A DNA stretch of 60,816 nucleotides, counting the filler. It is 4 parts of 4 records of this genome, joined end to end, with 100 filler letters (N's around TTAATTAATTAA, not from the genome) between each part and the next. Parts side by side here need not be neighbours in the genome. Positions count along the whole stretch, not along the records: positions 26,546 to 45,957 come from DRR378314_2430; positions 46,058 to 60,816 come from DRR378314_2432; 2 more parts are not named here. One strand, written 5' to 3'. The position numbers were made by a program, and so were the translations under genes. Positions 43,989 through 54,066 of this stretch are shown here, in pieces. Below the pieces are notes generated by a model. That model did no database searches, was not told the DNA's origin, and worked only from the letters and a program-made list of their open reading frames with translations. The number at the start of each line of letters is the position of its first letter. Within the stretch, counting starts at the first letter, position 1.

Positions 43989-44753
43989 TCAGCCCTTGCG
44001 CAGAAACACCGGCTGGTCAGTCTCCGACAATTCGGGCTGATACGCATAGCCACCGCTGTCGAAATCATGGATCGCTTCGGCATCGGTCAAACGATGCTGG
44101 ACGATGAAGCGAGCCATCGCGCCACGGGCCTTCTTGGCATAGAAACTCACAACCTTGGGCCCGCCCGGCTTATCTTCCATAAACACCGGCGTCACGACGC
44201 GCAGCTTCAGCGCCTGCAGATCCACGGCGCCAAAATACTCCTGGCTGGCACAGTTCACCAGCAGATCGCCCCCAACGGCCCCGGCTTGCGCATTCAGCGC
44301 TTCGGCAATTGTGCTGCCCCAGTACTCGTAGAGGTTCTTGCCCTTGGCCGTCTTCAGCCGCGAGCCCATCTCCAGTCGGTAGGGTTGCATCCCGTCTAGC
44401 GGCCGCAGGAGCCCATAAAGGCCTGAAAGAATACGGAAATGATCCTGCGCCCAGGCCATTTCCTCCGCGTCCAGCGAGGCCGCATCAAGCCCTTGATAGG
44501 TGTCGCCGGCAAAGGCCAGCGCAGCAGGGCGCAGGTCCTCAAATTTGGGGTCATCTTCAAACGCGCGAAAGCGGTCGTGGTTTAGCTTGGCCAGATCCTC
44601 GCTGATATGCATCAGCTTCATCAGATCGCCCACCGACAGCTTGCGTGCCTCTTCGGCCAGCGCGATGGCGTCGCCCTGCAGCGCCGGATAGGTCATGTCC
44701 ACATCGCGGTCGGACCAGTCGAGTTTCTTGGCGGGGGATGTCACTACAAGCAT
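43989..44753 (-). CDS. yaaA: Peroxide stress protein YaaA (UPF0246)
   Basis: SPAKKLD, FAGDTYQGL, ILSGLYGLLRPLD..QPYRLEMG, NCASQEY, AKKARGAMARF. Confidence 0.94.
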   Translation of the reverse strand: MLVVTSPAKKLDWSDRDVDMTYPALQGDAIALAEEARKLSVGDLMKLMHISEDLAKLNHDRFRAFEDDPKFEDLRPAALAFAGDTYQGLDAASLDAEEMAWAQDHFRILSGLYGLLRPLDGMQPYRLEMGSRLKTAKGKNLYEYWGSTIAEALNAQAGAVGGDLLVNCASQEYFGAVDLQALKLRVVTPVFMEDKPGGPKVVSFYAKKARGAMARFIVQHRLTDAEAIHDFDSGGYAYQPELSETDQPVFLRKG

Positions 44754-44783
44754 TCACTGCCTCCGTTGGTTCTGGGCACCGAC

Positions 44784-45957
44784 TTAGCCCGCGCCGCGCA
44801 AGACGTCCAGAAACGCCATGGCGAAACGTTCCGCGCGGCGCTCCCCCAGCAGACGTTCAAGACCCGTTTCATCATCACTGCGCATCTGCGCCACTTTCGC
44901 CAGCTGCGAGGCCGAACAGGTCAGTGGCTTCTGGGTGCCGCACTCGCCCCGTTGCAACCGCGCCTGCACTTCCAGCAGCGTGTCGTAGATCGAGCCCTGT
45001 TCGCGCCCGGCCAGCTTGCGCCGCGCCGGGTGCAGCGCCTCTGCCTCGCCGGTGATCACAGTTAGGAAGGCATCGCCATAGCGCTCCAGCTTCTTGGCGC
45101 CGACACCGCTGATCCGCGCCATCTCGTCCAGGGTCTGCGGACGCTTCTCGGCCATCTCGATCAGGGTGCGGTCGGGGAAGATCACATAGGCCGGGACTTT
45201 TTGCGCCTCGGCCAGGGCGCGGCGCTTTGCCTTCAGAGCAGAGAGCAGCGGCGCGTCTTCATCCGAGACCAGCGCCTTCACCGCCGGACGGCGGGTGGCG
45301 GATTTCACGGTGTCCTTGCGCAGGGTGATTTCCGCCTCGCCGCGCAGGATCGGCAGCGCCGGTTCGGTCATCCGCAGCGCACCGTGGCGTTCCGGGTCGG
45401 GCCGTACCAGGTCGCGGCCCATCATCTGACGAAAGATCGCCTGCCATTCCGGTTTCGAGTGATCCTTGCCGCAGCCGAAAACCGACAGGTCGTCATGGCG
45501 CTTCTGCCGCACCCGGTCATTGGCGTTGCCGATCAGGATGTCGATCAGATGCCCCGCGCCATAGGTCTCATCGGTGCGCAGGATCGCCGACAGCGCCTTC
45601 CTCACCGAGGTGGTGCCATCAAAGGTCGCCACCGGCGTGTCGCAGAGATCGCAATTGCCGCAGGGCTGCGCCGCCTCGCCGAAATAGCTCAGCAGGGTCT
45701 GGCGGCGGCAGATCATCGCCTCGGCCAGACCCAATAGCGCATTGAGCCGCGCATGATCCGCGCCACGACGCTCGGCCGGGGCGAGCCCTTCGTCGATCTG
45801 GGTGCGGCGCAGGCGAATGTCCTCGGGTCCGAACAGCGTCATTGTTTCCGCCGGGGCGCCGTCGCGACCGGCACGGCCGATCTCCTGATAATAGGCCTCG
45901 ATGGATTTCGGCAGGTCCGCATGGGCAACCCAGCGGATATCCGGCTTGTCGATGCCC
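44784..45957 (-). CDS. recQ: DNA helicase RecQ, C-terminal part (5' truncated)
   Basis: GIDKPDIRWVAHADLPKSIEAYYQEIGRAGRDG, Zn-binding CRRQTLL.YFGE...CGNCDLC, RQC domain, and HRDC VPAYVIFPDRTL. Confidence 0.94.
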
Positions 45958-46057
45958 NNNNNNNNNNNNNNNNNNNNNNNNNNNNNNNNNNNNNNNNNNN
46001 NTTAATTAATTAANNNNNNNNNNNNNNNNNNNNNNNNNNNNNNNNNNNNNNNNNNNN
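45958..46057. other. Artificial contig spacer
   Basis: N44-TTAATTAATTAA-N44. Confidence 0.99.
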
Positions 46058-46058
46058 G

Positions 46059-46358
46059 GTGCTGGATCCGGTCGGCATCATGCTGATTACCCTACCGGTG
46101 TTCATGCCCATCGTTGAATCCCTGGGATTTGACCCGATATGGTTCGGCATCCTGTTCGTGATCAACATGGAAATCGGCTACATGACGCCACCTTTCGGTT
46201 TCAATCTGTTTTACCTGAAAGGCGTCGTACCACCCAGCATCACCATGAAGGATATCTACTCATCGATCATTCCCTTCGTGATCGTTGAGATTGTAGGTAT
46301 TGCACTGATCATGATCTTTCCGCAAATCGCCACCTACCTGCCGGATCTGCTCTTCTGA
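46059..46358 (+). CDS. TRAP transporter large permease (DctM family), C-terminal fragment
   Basis: GFDPIWFGILFVINMEIGYMTPPFGFNLF...FPQIATYLP. Confidence 0.9.
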   Translation: MLDPVGIMLITLPVFMPIVESLGFDPIWFGILFVINMEIGYMTPPFGFNLFYLKGVVPPSITMKDIYSSIIPFVIVEIVGIALIMIFPQIATYLPDLLF

Positions 46359-46483
46359 GCCGATCCGGCTCATGGTCGCTCAGAACCCTCCAATGACTGT
46401 TGCAGGCGCTTTGAGTGAGAACTACCTTTAGGGAACTCCCGCCGGATGGAACCGGGAGTTCCCGATCACAAGGAGACGTTCTC

Positions 46484-47062
46484 ATGAACCGATTCAACCC
46501 AGTTTTACTAGCTCTGCTTGTCCTGGTCTCGCTTGCCCCCCTCGCAGCCCAGGCGGAAACCCTGACCGACCAGACCATCCGTTCGTTCATCAGCAGCCTG
46601 GAAGCCCTTCAGGGTATGGAGAACGAATTCGATGAGATGACGGAGGATCTCTCGGCTGAGAAGGGTGGTGGCACCGAAATGCCGGACATGTCGAGAATAT
46701 TCTCGTCGTCCATTGAGCGGATGAAAGGCCACGACATGTATGACCGTCTGGAAGACGTGGTGGAGCAACACGGATTCGACAATCCCGAGGCATGGGCGAA
46801 GACCGGCGACCGCATTTTCCAGGCCTGGAGCGCCCTGGAAATGGGCGATCAGTCCAATAACATGAACCAGGAAATGGCCAAGGCTATGGAGGAAATCAAC
46901 AACAATCCACACATGAGCGAGGCCCAGAAGCAGCAGATGCGGGAAATGATGGGCGGTGCCATGTCCGCCATGGAAACGGCGAGCAAGGCACCGGAAGCGG
47001 ATAAGCGTGCCCTGCGGCCACACCTGGACGCGTTGCGCGCCGTGACTGAGTCAGACCGTTAA
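46484..47062 (+). CDS. Secreted Met-rich helical hypothetical protein (192 aa)
   Basis: RBS AAGGAG, signal peptide MNRFNPVLLALLVLVSLAPLAAQA, and 17 Met residues. Confidence 0.8.
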   Translation: MNRFNPVLLALLVLVSLAPLAAQAETLTDQTIRSFISSLEALQGMENEFDEMTEDLSAEKGGGTEMPDMSRIFSSSIERMKGHDMYDRLEDVVEQHGFDNPEAWAKTGDRIFQAWSALEMGDQSNNMNQEMAKAMEEINNNPHMSEAQKQQMREMMGGAMSAMETASKAPEADKRALRPHLDALRAVTESDR

Positions 47063-47083
47063 GTCGCACACCCGCTCCGACAT

Positions 47084-47113
47084 AAAAAACCCGGCCGCGT
47101 TTGGGCCGGGTTT
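47084..47113. terminator. Rho-independent terminator between convergent genes
   Basis: aaacccggcc-gcgtttg-ggccgggttt with an A6 run, which is a U-tract on the minus strand. Confidence 0.75.
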
Positions 47114-47132
47114 CCTGTCATACCGGGTTGCC

Positions 47133-48515
47133 CTAGGGCATCAGGTTGTAGACAAATACCACCGCAACCGCCACTGGTGTCACGAAGCGAACCAGGTTGT
47201 ACCAGAGCGCAAAGCTGCCTCCGGACAGAGCCAGGTTGCTCTGCAGAGACTCTTTCGCCACGCACCAGCCGACAAACAGCGCCGTCAGCAGGCCGGACAG
47301 CGGCAGCATCACGTTGGCGGTAAAGAAGTCGAGCAGGTCGAAGATGGTGTTGCCCTCGAAACGCTCAAACATGCCCAGGGGCGCGAAACCGGACCACTCG
47401 TTCAGGGACAGAATGGACGCGATGCCCAACAGCCAGCAGGCAGCCCCCACCACGATGGTGCTGCCCACACGGCCGAGAATGAGCTTATCTTCCAGCCACT
47501 CAACAACCGGCTCCAGCAGGGAAATAGCGGAGGTCCAGGCCGCGAATAACAGCAGCACGAAGAACAGGGCGCCAAAGACGCTGCCCATTGGCATCTGGCC
47601 AAAGGCCAGCGGCAAGGTCTGGAAAATCAGGCCGGGGCCGGCACCGGCTTCCAGGCCATTGGCAAATACCACCGGGAAGATGGCAAGGCCCGCCATCAAC
47701 GCAACCACCGTATCCATAATGGACACCGTCACGGCGGTGCGCCCGATCGACACGTCGTCCCCCAGATAGGACCCGTACGCCATCATGATGGCCATCCCCA
47801 GGCTCAAGGTAAAGAACGCATGGCCGAGGGCCACCAGCACGCCGTCCATGGTCAGGGCGCCGAAATCCGGCGTGAACAGGAAGGACACCGCCGCGCCGAA
47901 ATGGCCGGTGGTGGTGGCATAACCCACTGCGACCAGCAGCAGCACAAACAGCGCCGGCATGAGGATGGTCACGGCGCGCTCGAGGCCGGATTTAAGCCCC
48001 CTGGCCACGACAAAAATCACCAACGCCATGAAAATGGTGTGCCAGATCAGCAGGGTCACCGGGCTGGCCAGCAGGCCGCCAAACAACTCGCCGATGGCGT
48101 CCGCGCTCTGGCCAGTGAAATCGCCCATGGCAGCGTGGCCCACGTAGGACGCCGCCCAGCCCCCAATTACCGAATAGAAAGACAGAATCACGAACGCTGC
48201 CAGCACGCCCACAATCGCTGAGATACGCCACACTGGCGACGCCAGGTTACGCTCAGCCACCAGGCGGAAACTGGTAATCGGGTTATGCCGGCCGCTACGG
48301 CCGATATACACTTCCGCCATCATGATGGGAATACCGACGATGGCGATACACAGCAGGTACACCAACACGAAGGCGCCACCACCGTTTTCGCCGGTTACGT
48401 AGGGAAATTTCCAGATATTGCCCAGCCCGACGGCCGAACCGGTGGCGGCCAGAATAAAGGCCATCCGGGAGGACCATAGCCCACGATGGGCCGGGGTCGA
48501 TTTGGAACCAGTCAT
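47133..48515 (-). CDS. Sodium-dependent transporter, NSS/SNF family
   Basis: WSSRMAFILAATGSAVGLGNIWKFPY..GENGGGAF, FFTLSLG, GPGLIF. Confidence 0.93.
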   Translation of the reverse strand: MTGSKSTPAHRGLWSSRMAFILAATGSAVGLGNIWKFPYVTGENGGGAFVLVYLLCIAIVGIPIMMAEVYIGRSGRHNPITSFRLVAERNLASPVWRISAIVGVLAAFVILSFYSVIGGWAASYVGHAAMGDFTGQSADAIGELFGGLLASPVTLLIWHTIFMALVIFVVARGLKSGLERAVTILMPALFVLLLVAVGYATTTGHFGAAVSFLFTPDFGALTMDGVLVALGHAFFTLSLGMAIMMAYGSYLGDDVSIGRTAVTVSIMDTVVALMAGLAIFPVVFANGLEAGAGPGLIFQTLPLAFGQMPMGSVFGALFFVLLLFAAWTSAISLLEPVVEWLEDKLILGRVGSTIVVGAACWLLGIASILSLNEWSGFAPLGMFERFEGNTIFDLLDFFTANVMLPLSGLLTALFVGWCVAKESLQSNLALSGGSFALWYNLVRFVTPVAVAVVFVYNLMP

Positions 48516-48671
48516 TGTTTCATCCTGTGCTTTTGGCTGATGAATCGTTTAAAAAAGCGGTTTGCCGAAGGCCGGCTTAGGCCTATGGGGCGGGATTTTG
48601 CCAGCAGTGTGCACAGGATGCCAGCCAGAGACAGCCCCGGGGCATTAACAACCCCGGCGCTGCCCCTGAAA

Positions 48672-50249
48672 CTAACCGTTTTTACTGACGAAGCGGGCGA
48701 CCAAGTCCTTCAGGCCACGGGACATTTGGCTGAGGCTATTGCTGCTGTCCTTGGCGGATTCCGCCTGCTGGGTACTATGGTCGGCCAACTCGGCAATATT
48801 AACCACCTGATGGTTGATCTCCTCGGATACCTGGCTCTGCTCCTCGAAGGCCGCCGACATGCTGATAAAGCTGTCGGATATGTCCCGAATTGATGACACG
48901 ATTTCCTGCAGGGAGGTTTCTGCCTCCCGGACCTTATCCAGACCTTTGCCCGCATCCTGCTCCCCTTCACGGGTCGCCTGGACGGCTTGCTCCACCTGGC
49001 TGCGAAAATCGTCGATGACCTGCTGAATACGAACGGTGGAATCCCGGGTGCGCCGAGCCAGCGACCGAACCTCGTCGGCCACTACAGCAAATCCACGTCC
49101 CTGCTCGCCGGCACGGGCCGCCTCGATGGCCGCGTTCAATGCCAGAAGGTTGGTCTGTTCAGCGATGTCGGAAATCAGGCTGGCTGCCTCACCAATGCTC
49201 TCTGTTGAAGCACCCAGTTTCTGGATGGCCGACCCAATGCCGTTGACCCGCGTCACCAACTGTTCGATGGCCGTCAGAGCTTCACCGCTGCGCTTGCTGC
49301 CGATGGCCGCCATACGGTTGGCCTCTTCCGCCACCTTGGCGTTGCCATTCACGGTTTCCGTGACTTCCTGAATCGACACCGTCATTTCGTTAACGGCGGA
49401 TGCCGTCTGGTCGGTCTCGGCCCGCTGCCTGGCGATGGACTCGGCGCCCTCACTGATATAACCGTGGCTGGCTCTGGCATGCTCATACAGCAGCTCAGCC
49501 TGGTCATCAATTCGGGCCAGGGCGGTGCGAATCCTTGCTTTCTCGCTCATGATCAGCATGGCCATTTGCGAGAACAGACCGCTTTCATCGCTGTAGGTTC
49601 GTGCCACAGTGGCATCTCGGAAGGCGTCAGGGCGCAGATCCAGCAGGGCCTGCAAACGAGCGGCAACGGACCTGAGCGTCAACCCCGCGGCCAGCACATG
49701 TGCGACCACGATCACGCCGATGGCCATCCCGGTGTTGCCCAGCGTGGTCAACGCTACGAGGCTCAGGACCAACGACAGGACAAAGGGCCACCCTGACCGC
49801 AAAACGGATGCAAGCCGGTTCTGGACGCTGACGGCCGACTTGCCGGCGGACAGCTTCGGGTAGAGCTTTTCAGCCCGCGCCACCTGCCCACGGGTGGGTG
49901 ACACTCGTACCGATTCGAAGCCGATCATTTTCCCATTGTCGAGAATCGGGGTCACGTAAGCGCTCACCCAATAATGATCACCATTCTTGGTGCGGTTCTT
50001 GACCACGCCCATCCAGGGCTTACCGGCCTTGAGGTATTCCCACATCCCCTGAAAGACGGCGGAAGGCATATCCGGATGGCGGATGACGTTGTGAGGCTGG
50101 CCCACCAGTTCTTCCCGGGAGAAGCCGCTGATGTCGACGAATTCATCATTGCAGTAGGTAATCACACCGCGCGGGTCCGTGGTGGTGATCAGCCGGCCAC
50201 CCTCCGACATTCTGACTTCTCGCTGGGTGACGGGTAGGTTTTTTCTCAT
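48672..50249 (-). CDS. aer: Aerotaxis receptor Aer (PAS + MCP signalling domain)
   Basis: [54 protein letters not shown], and [37 protein letters not shown]. Confidence 0.9.
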   Translation of the reverse strand: MRKNLPVTQREVRMSEGGRLITTTDPRGVITYCNDEFVDISGFSREELVGQPHNVIRHPDMPSAVFQGMWEYLKAGKPWMGVVKNRTKNGDHYWVSAYVTPILDNGKMIGFESVRVSPTRGQVARAEKLYPKLSAGKSAVSVQNRLASVLRSGWPFVLSLVLSLVALTTLGNTGMAIGVIVVAHVLAAGLTLRSVAARLQALLDLRPDAFRDATVARTYSDESGLFSQMAMLIMSEKARIRTALARIDDQAELLYEHARASHGYISEGAESIARQRAETDQTASAVNEMTVSIQEVTETVNGNAKVAEEANRMAAIGSKRSGEALTAIEQLVTRVNGIGSAIQKLGASTESIGEAASLISDIAEQTNLLALNAAIEAARAGEQGRGFAVVADEVRSLARRTRDSTVRIQQVIDDFRSQVEQAVQATREGEQDAGKGLDKVREAETSLQEIVSSIRDISDSFISMSAAFEEQSQVSEEINHQVVNIAELADHSTQQAESAKDSSNSLSQMSRGLKDLVARFVSKNG

Positions 50250-50396
50250 TGCAGGTAGTCTCCCTGACCGGGCCATCCCAACCATGGGCGTGGCAAACGT
50301 GGCAAAATTAAGCCTAGTTCATGATTGCGGATATAGTTAAATCTGCTATCTGTAGACTAACGTCGGCTGAACCCGATCAACGGCTCGAAGCGCCGT

Positions 50397-51263
50397 CTAG
50401 ACGGCAATGCGGGCACGTGGGTGAAAACGGGCGTTCAACCACAGGGAGAGGGCGATAACCCCACCGCCAACAGCCAAGCGCAACAGATCGGCGTCCCGGT
50501 TCCAGATCACCAGATTGACCAGTAGCCCGGCGGGAACCAACACGTTGTTCATGATGGCCAAGGTGCCGGCATCCACGTGGCAGGCTCCCCGGTTCCACAG
50601 GAAAAGCCCGATACCGGATGCCGCCAGGCCCAACCAGGCAAGAATGCCCCACTGCAACGACGTGCTGGGAAGACGACTGGCGTCGCCGAAGATCAGGAAC
50701 GATGGCAGGGCAATGATCAGGGCACCGAAAAAGAAATAACCAAACGTGCGGTAGGCCGGCAACTCTGTCGGGAAACGCATCATGGTGTGCTTGTAGCCTA
50801 CCTGGCCCGCCGCAAAGGTGAAATTGGCCACCTGCAACAGCAGGAAACCGGTGATAAAGCCCTGGCTCAGGCCATCGTAACGAATGATACCGGCGCCCAG
50901 CGTCGCCACGGCCGCCGCGACCAATGCAACCGGCGAGAAGCGCCGATAGAGGGCGTCGTCGATCAGGGTGACGTACAGCGGCGTAAAGATGGTGAACAGC
51001 AGCACCTCGGGCACCGTCAGGTAGCTGAAGGAACGGTACAGGCATAGATAAGTCACACCGAACTGCAGCATACCGGTGACCAGCACCCCCAGCTTCAGGC
51101 CACCGGGAACGCCACGCCAGCGAGTCAGCGGCAGGAATACCAGGGCGGCAAGCACCACACGGGTCAACACCGCAAAATCGCTGTCTACACGCCCAGCCAG
51201 GAACTCGCCAATCAGGCTGAACGAGAAGGCCCAGAGGACCGTTACGAAAATCAGAAGACCCAT
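50397..51263 (-). CDS. EamA/DMT transporter, YigM/BioP-like
   Basis: MGLLIFVTVLWAFSFSLIGEFLAGRVDSDFAVLTRV, VLLFTIFTPLYV, about 10 TM helices. Confidence 0.85.
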   Translation of the reverse strand: MGLLIFVTVLWAFSFSLIGEFLAGRVDSDFAVLTRVVLAALVFLPLTRWRGVPGGLKLGVLVTGMLQFGVTYLCLYRSFSYLTVPEVLLFTIFTPLYVTLIDDALYRRFSPVALVAAAVATLGAGIIRYDGLSQGFITGFLLLQVANFTFAAGQVGYKHTMMRFPTELPAYRTFGYFFFGALIIALPSFLIFGDASRLPSTSLQWGILAWLGLAASGIGLFLWNRGACHVDAGTLAIMNNVLVPAGLLVNLVIWNRDADLLRLAVGGGVIALSLWLNARFHPRARIAV

Positions 51264-51428
51264 ATCACCCGCACCCGAAACGTCAGAAGGCGGCACTGTA
51301 CCCGCTACCGCACTGGGTTGTACATACAGCCACGGAAACACCCTATGCCACCCGTGGCCGTGAATAGGGTACCATCCCGCGTTCCTGATCGTTTCCGTTT
51401 GACCTCTCCGGCCCAGGCACACAATTCC

Positions 51429-52817
51429 ATGGATGAAACCCACCAGCCATTACCCGAAGCCCGACAGCCGCTGATCCAGCGTACGCTGACCGAATGGCGC
51501 ACGCTGGCGATCCTGGGCGGCCCGATTCTGATTGCTCAGGTGGCGCAAATGGCCAACGGCGTCATCGACACTGTGATGGCCGGCCATGCCAGTGCCGAGG
51601 ATCTGGCCGCCGTGGGTATCGGCAGCAGCCTGTGGATGCCGGTCTTCCTGTTTTTCATGGGACTGCTGGGGGCTCTTCAGCCGATCATTTCCGGTTACAA
51701 CGGCGCTCGCACCACCGAGAAGATCATGCCCGCCACCTGGCAGGGTCTTTATATCGCGGCCGGCGGTTCCGTGATCATGATTCTGCTGCTGACCAACGTA
51801 CACCCGGTGTTGGATGCCCTGAACCTGGAGGCCAACACCGCCCGTATCACCCAGGGTTACCTGGACGCCTTCGCCTGGGGCATCCCCGCGATGCTGCTGA
51901 TCATGGCCCTGAGGGGCTTAACGGACGGGTTGGGGCATACCCGGGTGATTATGGCGTTTTCGGTGCTGGGCACCCTGATCAACCTGCCCCTGAACTACAT
52001 CTTCATTTATGGAAAGCTCGGCCTCCCGGCCATGGGTGGCATCGGCTGCGGATGGGCCACGTCCATTTCCAATGGCGTCGCGGCGCTTGCCTTGCTGGTT
52101 TACCTGAACCGCAGTGCGGTGTATCGGCGCTTTCACCTTCTGGCAGACTGGGCCAAGCCGGATGCTGAGGGTATCCGCTATATCCTGAAACTGGGCATTC
52201 CCATTGGCTTTACCATCTTCGTGGAAGCCAGCATGTTCTCGGTGATTGCCCTGTTCCTCGCGCCTCTGGGTCCGGTGATTGTGGCGGGGCACCAGATCGC
52301 CCTGAACGTGGTCTCGCTGCTGTTTATGCTGCCGTTGAGCATCGGCATGGCGCTAACCCTGAGGGTGAGTTTTCTGGTGGGTGCACGGGCGCCGGACACA
52401 GCCAGGCTCATCGCCCGTAGCTCGCTGATTCTGGCGTCAGCGGTGGCGCTGGTGTTTGCCGTGCTGCTGTTCGTTTTTGCCGAGGGTATTGCGGCACTGT
52501 ACACCAGTGAGCGGGATGTCCAGGCCGTGACGGTCACGCTGTTGGTGTACGCCGCTTTCTTCCAGATCGCCGATGTCATTCAGGTGACCTGCATCAGCGC
52601 ACTGAGGGGCTACAAGGACACCAGTATTCCGATGTTCATCATGCTGTTTTCGTTCTGGGGTGTTGGATTGCCGCTGGGATGGGTGCTGACCTTCACTGAC
52701 TGGTTGCTACCCGCCATGGGAGCTGCCGGCTTCTGGGTGGGGCTGACCGGTGGGCTGGCGTCCGCCAGTATCCTGTTGGGGTTGCGGCTGTTCCTGTACG
52801 CCCCGCAACCGGAGTAG
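51429..52817 (+). CDS. MATE-family efflux transporter (NorM-like)
   Basis: GVIDTVMAGH, NLPLNYIFIYGKLGLPAMGGIGCGWAT, AGHQIALN, FQIADVIQ, ALRGYKDT. Confidence 0.92.
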   Translation: MDETHQPLPEARQPLIQRTLTEWRTLAILGGPILIAQVAQMANGVIDTVMAGHASAEDLAAVGIGSSLWMPVFLFFMGLLGALQPIISGYNGARTTEKIMPATWQGLYIAAGGSVIMILLLTNVHPVLDALNLEANTARITQGYLDAFAWGIPAMLLIMALRGLTDGLGHTRVIMAFSVLGTLINLPLNYIFIYGKLGLPAMGGIGCGWATSISNGVAALALLVYLNRSAVYRRFHLLADWAKPDAEGIRYILKLGIPIGFTIFVEASMFSVIALFLAPLGPVIVAGHQIALNVVSLLFMLPLSIGMALTLRVSFLVGARAPDTARLIARSSLILASAVALVFAVLLFVFAEGIAALYTSERDVQAVTVTLLVYAAFFQIADVIQVTCISALRGYKDTSIPMFIMLFSFWGVGLPLGWVLTFTDWLLPAMGAAGFWVGLTGGLASASILLGLRLFLYAPQPE

Positions 52818-52831
52818 TCAGACAGGGCTGA

Positions 52832-53827
52832 TCACCCCCGCTGGGCGACGATATCATCCGCGTAGACAATACGGTCACGCCCGGTGTCTTTTGCCTCGTA
52901 GAGTGCGTCATCCGCACGGGCCAACCAATCGTCGGGGCTCTCGCCAGCCTGAAACAGGGCAACTCCGACAGACGCGGTTACCTGGCCGCCGGGGTGTTTC
53001 AGGAACTTACGCATGATGTGCTGCAGGTTGTGCATCACCGCTCTCAATCCGGTTTCGTCCACCCCGGGCATCAGCAACACGAACTCCTCACCGCCAAACC
53101 GGAACAGCTGATCCGACTTGCGGATGTTCTGCTCAATCAGCGCCACCATTTCCACCAGCACGTTGTCACCGACGTTGTGCCCGTGCTCATCGTTGATCTT
53201 CTTGAAGTAATCAATATCCAGCAGCACCAGGGCGTATGAGATACCGTTGCGGGAGGCACTGGCCACGGCCATCGCCAGCTCCTGATCCATCGAGCGTCGG
53301 TTTTTCACACCCGTTAACGGATCGATCGTCGCCAGGTGTTCCAGCCGCGCCCTTTGGTTCTCATTGCGATGGGCAAACACGTAGGCGCAGCAACTGACGA
53401 CCACCGCCGTGGCTGCAAACGACCACATCTGGACCGAGGAACTGAAAGCCACCCCATGTGCCATCAGCGCCAGTACAGCGGCCAGGTTTATGAAGATGGC
53501 GTAGCGGGGCTCGGTCAGGAAGAAACTGGTTACCAGGCAGGGGTACAACCAGAAAAGCCCCGGTTCACCGACGACCGCTCCAACCGCAACCGCCCCACCA
53601 CAGGCCACCAGAGCCATGGCGAAACCACTGCGCCCGGTATCACCCGTTATCCAGGCGTAAACCATGCCAGCGGTGATGGCCAGCATAATGCTCAGATCCA
53701 CGACCCCGGCCAGCACGTTGCCTTGGGCAAAACGCATCACCGCAAAGGGGCTGATACCCAGAATGGCACTGATGGCCAGCAGAGTAATGATGGACAGCCT
53801 GAAATCAGTTTTCAGACGATAGAGCAT
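52832..53827 (-). CDS. Membrane-bound diguanylate cyclase (GGDEF)
   Basis: Multiple N-terminal TM helices, DPLTGVKNRR, DIDYFKKIND.HGH.VGD, I-site RKSD, and RFGGEEF. Confidence 0.92.
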   Translation of the reverse strand: MLYRLKTDFRLSIITLLAISAILGISPFAVMRFAQGNVLAGVVDLSIMLAITAGMVYAWITGDTGRSGFAMALVACGGAVAVGAVVGEPGLFWLYPCLVTSFFLTEPRYAIFINLAAVLALMAHGVAFSSSVQMWSFAATAVVVSCCAYVFAHRNENQRARLEHLATIDPLTGVKNRRSMDQELAMAVASASRNGISYALVLLDIDYFKKINDEHGHNVGDNVLVEMVALIEQNIRKSDQLFRFGGEEFVLLMPGVDETGLRAVMHNLQHIMRKFLKHPGGQVTASVGVALFQAGESPDDWLARADDALYEAKDTGRDRIVYADDIVAQRG

Positions 53828-54036
53828 AGTAAGGGCACATTCCGACTAAAGTCTTATTAGCAAACTATCATAGCGCAAGATTTATCCGGCCGAGACGAAC
53901 GCTACGAAATTTTACAACCTGCAAACGAAATACTTTGTTAAATAGCAGGGCACCACGGCAAATATCGCCGTGAACGTGTTGTTTTCGGCTTTTCAGGATC
54001 TGGAGTTAATATTGGCTTAAGGGGTAAACTTGAGCA

Positions 54037-54048
54037 TTATTATAATAA
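54037..54048. promoter_or_regulatory. AT-rich palindrome containing a -10-like TATAAT in the divergent promoter region
   Basis: TTATTATAATAA is a perfect palindrome about 20 nt upstream of the HD-GYP start. Confidence 0.35.
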
Positions 54049-54066
54049 GCATCAGGAAGCCGTCGA

